NCBI GenBank assembly: GCA_029856435.1
Contig: JAHQXB010000071.1
Span: forward strand, 1-29,175
Reading direction: 5' to 3'
DNA: 29,175 nt
Source: Candidatus Jordarchaeia archaeon
Lineage (GTDB): Archaea; Asgardarchaeota; Jordiarchaeia; Jordiarchaeales; Jordiarchaeaceae
Shown here piece after piece: positions 18,003 to 26,327 of this stretch. Position 1 is the first letter of the stretch; each line of letters begins with the position of its first letter. Made by a program: the position numbers and the translations under genes. The notes beneath the pieces were generated by a model. The model was not told the origin of the DNA, searched no databases, and saw only the letters and a list, made by a program, of their open reading frames with translations.

Positions 18003-19163
18003 TTGCCAATCAATCTAAATCCCGAGGCACAAGTAGCCTTGAGAAGATTGGAGGAAGCAGATACAAAGGAAGAGAAAATTGCGGCCATACAAGAGTTATT
18101 AAAGTGTATGGATAAACATAAAGGAACAGAGAATTTCGTGAATCAGCTTAAAAAGAGATTAGCAAAACTCAAGGCAGAAGTTGAAAAGGAAAAGGCAAGA
18201 AAGTGTGGCAGGGCCCAAGATTTCAGCATCAAAAAACAAGGAGCGGGGCAAGTTATTTTAGTGGGATTAACAAACACGGGAAAAAGCACAATCTTGAACT
18301 ACCTAACTGGAGCAAAAGCCAAAGTGGGGGGGTATCCTTTTACGACAACCCTACCTGAAGTTGGTATTTTAGATTTTAATTTAGTCCCCATACAGATAGT
18401 GGAATCACCCGCACTCTTTGAAGGGTGCAAAAGCAGCGAGAACGGACCGCAAATTTTTTCCGCTATTAGAAATGCTGACTCTATAGTTTTAGTCATAGAT
18501 CTGTCCCAAGATATTCTGCAGCAAGTTAGAACTTTATTAGGAGAATTAGAATCTGCAGGGATTTTACTTAACTTAAATCCACCCCCAGTTGAAGTAAAAA
18601 AGACTGGCGGTGGGGGAATACAAATAATGGGTCAGCATTTTTTTGATGGTAGTCCAGAAGATATTTCAAATTTTTTGCGGGGAAAACGCGTAATCAATGC
18701 AATAGTTCGTATCTGGGGTAAAATCACCTTAGAGGATATTGATTTAGCCATGAATAATAATGTGGAATATAAAAACGCTATAATAGTTGCTACTAAGGGG
18801 GATTTAATGGGATCTTCTGAGAATTATAAAAGGCTCGTGGATCATTGTGGCAAACGATTTGAAATTTATCCGATATCCATTTTTAAGGAAAAAGGGATCG
18901 ATGAGTTTAAAGAGGGAATATTCAAATCGCTAGGTATTATTCGAATTTACACTCGGGAGCCTGGAAAAGTTGTTTCAGAGAAACCTCTTGTTCTTAAAAA
19001 GGGCGCCAGCGTTGAGGATGTAGCTAAAAGGCTTCATATACGTTTTATTAAGAATTTCAAGTATGCTCGTATATATGGGAAATCGGTTAAGCATGAAGGA
19101 GAAAAAGTGGGATTAGAACATGTGCTCGAGGATAATGATATTGTTCAGTTTTATGTTAATTGA
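18003..19163 (+). CDS. DRG/Obg-family GTP-binding protein with C-terminal TGS domain (atypical G3)
   Basis: HKGTE, LKKRLAKLK, G1 GLTNTGKS, G2 YPFTT, G4-like TKGD, TGS IRIYT...GASVEDVAKRLH...FKYARIYG...DNDIV. G3 reads ESPA. Confidence 0.9.
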   Translation: MPINLNPEAQVALRRLEEADTKEEKIAAIQELLKCMDKHKGTENFVNQLKKRLAKLKAEVEKEKARKCGRAQDFSIKKQGAGQVILVGLTNTGKSTILNYLTGAKAKVGGYPFTTTLPEVGILDFNLVPIQIVESPALFEGCKSSENGPQIFSAIRNADSIVLVIDLSQDILQQVRTLLGELESAGILLNLNPPPVEVKKTGGGGIQIMGQHFFDGSPEDISNFLRGKRVINAIVRIWGKITLEDIDLAMNNNVEYKNAIIVATKGDLMGSSENYKRLVDHCGKRFEIYPISIFKEKGIDEFKEGIFKSLGIIRIYTREPGKVVSEKPLVLKKGASVEDVAKRLHIRFIKNFKYARIYGKSVKHEGEKVGLEHVLEDNDIVQFYVN

Positions 19164-19166
19164 AAG

Positions 19167-19276
19167 GCGCGGTGTAGATTCGTTCGATTTCGACTTCGAA
19201 GGAAGCGTTTATAGGGCTTCTTTTCCGATTTAGAGCCTCAAAACGAGGGGTAGAATCGGGCTAATCTACATCACCA
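19167..19276. mobile_element. MITE-like element, copy 2 (~110 bp)
   Basis: Collinear with 7868-7976 (shared TGTAGAWTCGTTCGATTTCG, GTTTATAGGGCTTCTTT, CGATTTRGAGCCT); TIR GGTGTAGATT/AATCTACATC; ATTGAA present at both flanks (possible eroded TSD). Confidence 0.75.
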
Positions 19277-19285
19277 TTGAAGTGG

Positions 19286-20005
19286 ATGGTTATTTTGATA
19301 AATGCTAAAGTGGTCATTTTAGAGCCAGAAAATGCTGGAAATGTTGGTGCAATTGCGCGTGCAATGAAAAATTTTGCACTAGAAGAGCTCGTACTGGTTA
19401 ATCCCAAATTCGAAAACATGTTTGAAGCAGAACTACGTGCAATGCACGGTATAGATATTCTCAGAAATATGCGTATAGTTAATACCTTAAAAGAAGCTGT
19501 TTCGGATGCAGATTTCATAGTAGGCACAACGGCTAAGGTGGGAATGAACTACAATGTTCTTAGAACTGTTATCACACCTGAAGTATTAGTAGAAAGACTG
19601 GCAAATATCAATGGAAAAATTGCTTTACTTTTTGGACGGGAAAGTAGTGGTCTGAGCAATGAAGAGTTGGAGAAGGCGGATATTATTGTTACAATTCCTA
19701 CATCAAATTATTCGGCTCTAAATGTTTCACATGCCGCTGCAATCATATTTTATGAGATTTATAAAAACCAAGCACAACGGCGAAAAGGCGCCCCTAGAGC
19801 TTCTTCAAGACTGGAAAAAGAAAAAGCTTTAGAGTATTTTCAGCTAATTCTAGCAGACATAAAATATCCCTCCTTTAAGTACCATATCGCGGAAAGGGTT
19901 TTCCATAATGTTATTTCCAGAGCTTTTATTTCAGGGAGGGAAATTTATACACTAATAGGCGTTCTTAGAAGAATACATTCATTTTTAACTTCAAAAAATA
20001 AATAA
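19286..20005 (+). CDS. trmJ: tRNA (cytidine32-2'-O)-methyltransferase, TrmJ family SPOUT
   Basis: EPENAGNVGAIARAMKNF, IVGTTA, ALLFGRESSGLSNEEL, IPT..Y.ALNVSHAAAI. Start codon uncertain (19277/19286/19295). Confidence 0.9.
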   Translation: MVILINAKVVILEPENAGNVGAIARAMKNFALEELVLVNPKFENMFEAELRAMHGIDILRNMRIVNTLKEAVSDADFIVGTTAKVGMNYNVLRTVITPEVLVERLANINGKIALLFGRESSGLSNEELEKADIIVTIPTSNYSALNVSHAAAIIFYEIYKNQAQRRKGAPRASSRLEKEKALEYFQLILADIKYPSFKYHIAERVFHNVISRAFISGREIYTLIGVLRRIHSFLTSKNK

Positions 20006-20053
20006 GAAGCACCATTCCAAATTAAAATCGAATTTCCTATTAACAATGCGAAT

Positions 20054-21859
20054 TTGCTAAGGAATGTTATGGTGCTTAAAATGATGAGCCAAAATGAGTT
20101 ATCAGAATTGTCAATACTGTTCGAAATTGGTTTCCTCTCTGACAAAATAGTAAAAGCCCTTTTTTGTTATACAGTTGGATTGCAGAGTATAGATGAAGAA
20201 ATTTTGAGAGAAGCCCTGATATTTCTTAGAGCAGTTGAAAAGGCTAAAGATAATTTTCCACCAATAATTATCGAAAAAGACACATACTTTAATTTAATAA
20301 TCTACCGCTTGGTGTTGTCTACCTGTTCTGAGCTTGAGGAAAAGAATTTAATGACGGAAATAGCTGAGATGAGGGGAAAGTTAGAGGGAATAATTTCTAG
20401 AAAGAGCATTAATGAAAAGGTAGATAGTATAGTAAAGTTTTTTAATAAAATTAGTGAGAAAACTCTGGAAGAAGGCAATAACTTTTTCAAATCCCCAGAA
20501 TGCCACAAACACTACATCAAGGATAAAAGAGCCATAGAATTAGCGACAGAAAGAATTTTATCCCAAGAGCATTTATTAGAACGACTGAGATCCGAAGAAT
20601 TCCCCACAAAAACGCAAGAAAAGGTCATAAACCTCCTGCTAAAAATCTCCTCAAAGATATATAGAAAGTTGGTTTCTTTAGCGGAGGAAAATGTAAATCT
20701 AATTAAATTACCTCCTGAGCTCCAAGAGCAATTAACTCAAATATTGCAAATCAATGCAGAGAGATATAACCAACTCATATCACTTACATACAAAATATCA
20801 GAACTTTTAGAGGCGTCAAATATAAGACACTTTCCTCTGGGAGTACATTATGCTCTAGAGAGCATTATTAGTGATTTTCAAAAAGATGTGCTAATAATTG
20901 TAAGTCTCTCAAGCGAAAGCAATATTTCGTATTTAGATCTACCAACTATCTTAGGAACCATTCTAAAATATGCTCTGGATAAAGAAGAAATGGTAAAATT
21001 AAGGAATGACATATGCCAACGTATACTAATTTTTAATATCCCAAAATTAGAGAGAGATAATTTGTTTTTACATAGTTCTATAGCAAATAGAATTGGCAGT
21101 TATTTGCTTGAATATTACGAAACCTTCCCAAAAATAGTAAGTTCAAAAAATTTTTCCGATTTTGTTTCATTTCTATCATCATTTAATTTAAAGGATTTGG
21201 AAAAACAAGAAATTGAAAAAGTTAGAATAGCTGAGCAGTCTCTAAAGAAAATTAAGAATTGGATTACAACTTTTGCCTCAGACTTGTTATCGACCCACAT
21301 TTTTGGTCCATCTTACATGTTTTCCTTTTTTAAATACATTTTTAATACGAATAACCAAGAATCAGAGGTTCCGCTAAAAGATCGATTGAAAATAATTATA
21401 GAAGAGATAAAACAGTTAAATTATACAAGAAATGTTGAAATTGGAAAAGAAATTGAAAAAATAGAGAAGTATACGATAGACGATAGTTTTGCAAACAATG
21501 AGGTACTCGATTTAATTAGCAAAATTAAAGAGGAGATAAAAAAAATAACTGAAGGAAAAAGATATACTTTAGAACTTTTTGAGGAAGAAGTTCCCTTCCT
21601 AATTTCCTCAATCTCAAACCTTATACCGCCCAACGAGATTTTAGATTTTAAAAGAAGAACAAGTCGCCCCGCAAAAATAATCTCAATTCTGAATGCTAGC
21701 TGGTTATTAAAAGTAAGCCACATAAACGAAGTATACAAATTGCTCAATGCCAAGACATCTAAAGAAAAAAGTCAAGTTGACATCAAACTTGACAGCTTGA
21801 TACAAAAATCAATAGAACTTAGCGAAATACATAGAAGAATGAGGGAATCAACAAAATGA
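20054..21859 (+). CDS. Large helical hypothetical protein; possible inactive zincin-like domain; translationally coupled to dCTP deaminase
   Basis: 601-aa ORF (probable start ATG 20081). IP..E..L.......NRIGS, W.TTFASD...FGPSY and IPPNE...RPAKIISILNASW...LIQKSIE motifs. ATGA overlap with the next gene. The ORF is solid; the domain call is inference. Confidence 0.8.
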   Translation: MLRNVMVLKMMSQNELSELSILFEIGFLSDKIVKALFCYTVGLQSIDEEILREALIFLRAVEKAKDNFPPIIIEKDTYFNLIIYRLVLSTCSELEEKNLMTEIAEMRGKLEGIISRKSINEKVDSIVKFFNKISEKTLEEGNNFFKSPECHKHYIKDKRAIELATERILSQEHLLERLRSEEFPTKTQEKVINLLLKISSKIYRKLVSLAEENVNLIKLPPELQEQLTQILQINAERYNQLISLTYKISELLEASNIRHFPLGVHYALESIISDFQKDVLIIVSLSSESNISYLDLPTILGTILKYALDKEEMVKLRNDICQRILIFNIPKLERDNLFLHSSIANRIGSYLLEYYETFPKIVSSKNFSDFVSFLSSFNLKDLEKQEIEKVRIAEQSLKKIKNWITTFASDLLSTHIFGPSYMFSFFKYIFNTNNQESEVPLKDRLKIIIEEIKQLNYTRNVEIGKEIEKIEKYTIDDSFANNEVLDLISKIKEEIKKITEGKRYTLELFEEEVPFLISSISNLIPPNEILDFKRRTSRPAKIISILNASWLLKVSHINEVYKLLNAKTSKEKSQVDIKLDSLIQKSIELSEIHRRMRESTK

Positions 21860-22461
21860 CCGTACTTTCCTCAAAGAGTATAATGGATAGACTCTTCCAT
21901 GAAAACCCACAAAAAAGGCTAGTAATTACGCCAATAATTAGTCATGAAGATCAAATAGCTCACGGCTCAATAGACCTAAGACTGGGAACAGAATTCATCA
22001 TCACAAAAAGAACTAAGTATCACCTCTTGGATCCGATGCAGGAAAATATTGAGTCCCAAATAGAACAATATCAAGATAAAATCTACATTGGATACAAAAG
22101 AAAACTTGTCCTCCAACCACGCCAATTCATTCTAGGAAGCACGTTAGAATACATAAAATTGCCAAACGACCTATTAGGATACGTAATCGGAAGATCATCG
22201 TGGGGCCGCGTTGGACTAATCATCGCTACAGCAACAATGATAGGACCAGGCTTTTCAGGATCGCTAACCTTAGAATTGGTCAACTTGGGAGAAGCAAATC
22301 TAGCATTGTACCCTGGAACAAGGATAGCTCAATTGGTTCTCCACACTATGGATGACGAAGATAGAGGATACATTAGTAAACCGGAGGCAAAGTATATTGG
22401 CGCTGTGGGCCCAGAATTCAGCAAAATACATACAGATAAAGAGTGGAAACTTTTAAAGTAA
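21856..22461 (+). CDS. dcd: dCTP deaminase family protein (trimeric dUTPase fold), atypical subfamily
   Basis: GSIDLRLG, LQPRQFILGSTLEYIKLP, GRSSWGR, PGFSGSLTLEL.N, YPGTRIAQL. Confidence 0.9.
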   Translation: MTVLSSKSIMDRLFHENPQKRLVITPIISHEDQIAHGSIDLRLGTEFIITKRTKYHLLDPMQENIESQIEQYQDKIYIGYKRKLVLQPRQFILGSTLEYIKLPNDLLGYVIGRSSWGRVGLIIATATMIGPGFSGSLTLELVNLGEANLALYPGTRIAQLVLHTMDDEDRGYISKPEAKYIGAVGPEFSKIHTDKEWKLLK

Positions 22462-22529
22462 AAAACAAAAGCGTGCAGCAAAAATAGTTAAAATAAGTGA
22501 AAAGATAAGCGAATAATATGAGGAAATCT

Positions 22530-23051
22530 CTAATCTGAATTTTCTTCCGATACAAGTTTAACCCTAGAGGGCCTAGGAAGTTTTGAGGCGCCAATGCGGA
22601 GAATTTTCTTTAAAATCTCTCTATTCTTGGGAGTATCATAAGCCCAAATACTGCAGATGACTTGCCCATCACGAACCCGCGCCGCACGACCAACTGGCTT
22701 ACCAAACGCTCGACGCATCCCATCCTGTAAACGGTCAGCTCCTGCAAACGCCATCATTCTATTTTCTCTAAGAATATGGAATGGTTTTACATGTATAACA
22801 AAGCGGAAGTCGTCTTTTCCCATCATTGTAGAAAGATTTCTGTTAACAGAGATACGCAGAGCTTCGAGTGCCTTGTGGCTGACCTGACACCTTTCTTCAA
22901 TGATGAGGTCCCCTCTCAAATCGAATTTCCCTTGACGATTGCCCATATCAAAAATCCTTATCTTTGGATCTGGGCCACCACGAACATACTCTCTTCGGGT
23001 ATAGGGTGGACGATCAATTTCAGTGTAGCATCTTGCGGGTCTCTTAGACAT
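22530..23051 (-). CDS. rpl10e: 50S ribosomal protein L10e (uL16)
   Basis: RPARCY, YTRREYVRGGPDPKIRIFDMG, ALEALRI, ILRENRM...GADRLQDGMRRAFGKPVG, KLPRP. ATG 23051 with GAGGTGA RBS. Confidence 0.97.
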   Translation of the reverse strand: MSKRPARCYTEIDRPPYTRREYVRGGPDPKIRIFDMGNRQGKFDLRGDLIIEERCQVSHKALEALRISVNRNLSTMMGKDDFRFVIHVKPFHILRENRMMAFAGADRLQDGMRRAFGKPVGRAARVRDGQVICSIWAYDTPKNREILKKILRIGASKLPRPSRVKLVSEENSD

Positions 23052-23238
23052 TTTGTTCACCTCTTTAAGTGACACCAATACTAAAACTCATTAGCATATT
23101 AAGGTTTCCATACACCGTTTTGTCGATAAAATTAGATTTATTGGTTTTTATGAATAATTAGTTAATTAGTATGTTAAGCTATTTTTACGCTTTTATGTTT
23201 AAAAGGTTTCATTTGGAAATATATAGTTTACTAGGTAG

Positions 23239-25670
23239 TCACTTGTCTTCCACCAGTTTCCAGAATTCTACATCATCCATAAAGTTTTTACCTACACGTA
23301 TACGTGTATGCCCTGTAACATTCTCCAATAGTAATTTTTGCTCAATCTTGGCGACCATTTGACGGGTAAATGCAACTGCATCAGGGTTTACGCTAATGCT
23401 GGTGGCGCCCATACGAACTAGAAACTCTAAATAGTCGGGATAGACGCTAGGCGCTTGCCCACAGATAGAAGTGGTCACTCCATACTTTTTACATATTTTA
23501 ATAGTATATGCAATTGCGCGTAGAACTGCCAAATTGCGTTCGTCGTAAAGCTCCTGAACACTAGCATCATTCCTATCTACTCCCAGAATTAGCATTGTTA
23601 GATCATTTGTTCCAAAGCTAACTCCATTTATTCCCTCTTGGCAGAATTTGTCTATCAGCAGTACACTACTTGGGACTTCCACCATAATCCAGATCTGGAA
23701 ATCTGGGTCTTTTTCTGGATCCAGTCCTTCTTCTTTCATAATCTGTTTTGCAATTCTGAAAACTTCTAGGGTTCGGACAAAGGGTAGCATTACCCAAAGA
23801 TTTTTCAATCCATATGTTTCTCTAACCTTTTTTACCGCTCTGCACTCCAGTCGAAAAACATCTGGCTCCTTTACGTATCGGAATTGGCCTCTAAAACCAA
23901 TCATTGGATTCGGGCCAATGTGACCAGCCTCATATTCTCTTCCTCCTTCTAGAGCCAAGAATTCGTCAGGTTTAAAGTCTAGAAAACGGTACACCACTGG
24001 ACCTGGGCTGAAGGCTTCTGCAACTTTTCTTATCCCCTCTGCAAATTTGTCTATCATCTCTTGGTCTCCACCCTCTTCAATAAGTTTTCTTGGGTGTTTT
24101 CCAATGTTTATCATCAAGTGTTCTGCCCTGAGTAATCCAACTCCGTCTGCCTGTGTTTGCTTCGCGACCCTGTCTGCTATTTCAGGAATAGATAGGTTCA
24201 CGTAAATTCTTGTGGCGGTAGGTATTATTCCCGTGCCAGTAATTGTTGCTACAACTTCCTCTTTTGCCTTTTCTAAAACACCCCGGTAAACTAGTCCTCT
24301 TCCACCATCAACGGTTACTTGCCCCTCATTTGCCAAGACAGCAGTTCCCTTTTCAGTTCCCACTATGCAGGGAGTCCCTAGTTCTCTGGATACTATCGCC
24401 GCGTGGCAAGTGTATCCTCCTTCATCAGTTACAATGGCTGCTGCTTTTTTCATAGCGGGAACCCAGTCGGGCGTGGTCATTTTTGTTACTAAAATGTCTC
24501 CTTCCTCTACTTGCCTTATGCCACTAACATCTTTAATAACCTTCACGGGGCCTGACACTATTCCAGGCGATACCCCTAGCCCCCTGAGTATTATTTCGCG
24601 TTCCATGGTGGTTTCCTGCGGGACGGCTTTTGTTGTTTCCATAGTTTCCTGTTTTAAACCATGTACTGTTTCTGGTCTGGATTGTAATATGTATATTTCT
24701 CCACTTTTATCTACTGCCCATTCTATGTCCTGTGGTGTTTTATAGTGGTTTTCTATCTGTTTTCCATACCGCGCAACTTTTTTTATTTCATCATCGGTTA
24801 GAGCGGGGATATTTTGTCTTTCTGGGGGGACTTCTAAGTGTTCGGTTTTTCCAGTCTTAGGATTCAGTTTGTACTCTACTTTTTTGGTTACAACATGTTT
24901 TTCTATTATTTCTAGAGTAGATTTGTCCACTAAGTATGTGTCTGGTGTTATTGCTCCGCTTACGACAGCTTCTCCTAATCCCCAACTGGCTTCTATCATT
25001 ATTTTTGTAGTGTCTCCAGTTGTTGGGTGTAATGTAAACATGACTCCCGCAGATTTCGCATCAACCATAAGTTGGACAGCTACGCTAATTAGCACATCTT
25101 GATGTCTGAATCCTTTTTCTTGCCTATAAGTTATGGCTCTCTTTGTGAATAGGCTACTCCAACATTTTCTTACTGCTTCAAGCAAACCTTCCCTATTAAC
25201 ATTTAGATACGTTTCTTGTTGTCCAGCAAAAGATGCGCCTGGCAATAGAGGAAGAACGGTTAGCCCATCACTTTATCCTCTGCAGAGGCGCTCGACCTGA
25301 CAGCCACTAATGGCTCTTTTTGTTTTACTCTTTTACCTAGTTCATCGTAACTCTCCATTATCGCCTCTGAAATGTCCTCAGGTATTGGTGTAAATTCAAT
25401 AAGGCGCCTAATTTTGTTTGAGGTGTCTTCGAGTTGCTGGAAGTCTTTAATATCGGTTTTTTCCAGCATGTTAAATATCTTAGTTTCTATTTTTGTATCC
25501 TCGAGGAACTTTTTATAGGCATAAGTAGTAACTGAAAAACCTGGTGGAACTGGGACTTTGGCTTTTGTTGTTAATTCACCCAAGTTAGCAGATTTTCCTC
25601 CTACTGCAGCCACATCGCTTTTTCCAACTTCTTCGAACCATAGGATAAACCTTTTTTCACTGGGACTCAT
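23239..25670 (-). CDS. ppsA: Phosphoenolpyruvate synthase (pyruvate, water dikinase); two exons join(25670-25275, 25245-23239), 800 aa if spliced
   Basis: VGGKSANLGEL, VAVRSSASAED|LPGASFAGQQETYLN, EASWGLGEAVVSG, PQDIEWA, LQSRPET, phospho-His TCHAAIVSRELG, GVGLLRAE, MIGFRG, IMVEVPS, SFGTNDLT, ICGQAPS. Removing 25246-25274 fuses the two ORFs in frame. Confidence 0.95.
25246..25274 (-). other. Candidate 29-nt pre-mRNA intron in ppsA with strict bulge-helix-bulge
   Basis: Intron AAAGTGATGGGCTAACCGTTCTTCCTCTA. Central helix GAGG/CCTC, bulges AT^A and TA^T, inner helix AAG/CTT then GATGG/CCGTT, exonic helix GCA/TGC then GCGCCT/AGGCGC. Splicing in vivo is not shown. Confidence 0.88.
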
Positions 25671-25825
25671 ACTTATAACCTCCGGTTACAGTATAATATG
25701 CCAATTAATACAAATCTTTTATTAATTTTTTGTAGTATTCAATAATGAAAAATAATCTTATCCCTTTACTTAATAAAACATATTGTTTTACAACAAACGA
25801 TTAAAACTATTGAAGCATAAACATC

Positions 25826-26272
25826 CTATCTGTTACCTTTAATGTCTCTGAACTTAAAAAGGTGTAGCACTGTTTTTTTATAATTTATAATTTTGTGCGT
25901 AGTATCACGTATATAGAGAGGTTCATTTGTCAGTAATCGAATTATAAGGTCGGCTTGAACTTTTTTTGCTAATTCTAAAAGGGAGGGATGAAGCTCGGGA
26001 GGGGGGCGAATAGAATAAATGAGCGTGCTATTAGTATATATTCCCATACTTGGTGCGGTTATATCGTCGACAACAGTTTTTAAGCCGTGGCAATCGGGTA
26101 TATGCTCTAGGTTGTTAGGTTCTATGTCTGTGACAACAATCTCAGTTTCTGGTAATTTTTCCTTTAGTCCTAGAGCTATTTGGGGAATTCTCCCCACTCC
26201 TATCTCAACAATTTTTCTGGAACCCTTGTAATTACTTGCTATATATTCTATAATATTTTCAGCATCCAACAA
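25826..26272 (-). CDS. UPF0146 family protein
   Basis: KIVEIGVG, VVTDI, DDITAP...Y...LIYSIRPPPEL, A.KV.ADLII. Confidence 0.88.
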   Translation of the reverse strand: MLDAENIIEYIASNYKGSRKIVEIGVGRIPQIALGLKEKLPETEIVVTDIEPNNLEHIPDCHGLKTVVDDITAPSMGIYTNSTLIYSIRPPPELHPSLLELAKKVQADLIIRLLTNEPLYIRDTTHKIINYKKTVLHLFKFRDIKGNR

Positions 26273-26327
26273 ACTGACATCGTTTCTAATTACCTTTTCA
26301 CCTTCAGATAATTTTTCATTAAAATTC

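Noticed and set aside
25260-25272. C/D-box guide RNA within the ppsA intron (GTGATGG resembles box C)
   Set aside because: No CTGA box D, and 29 nt is too short for a guide.
25246-25274. ppsA break as an ordinary frameshift, sequencing error, intein or programmed ribosomal frameshift
   Set aside because: It is a 29-nt insertion with a stop codon, not a 1-2 nt slip. It is too short and out of frame for an intein, there is no slippery heptamer, and the BHB cut sites match the junctions exactly.
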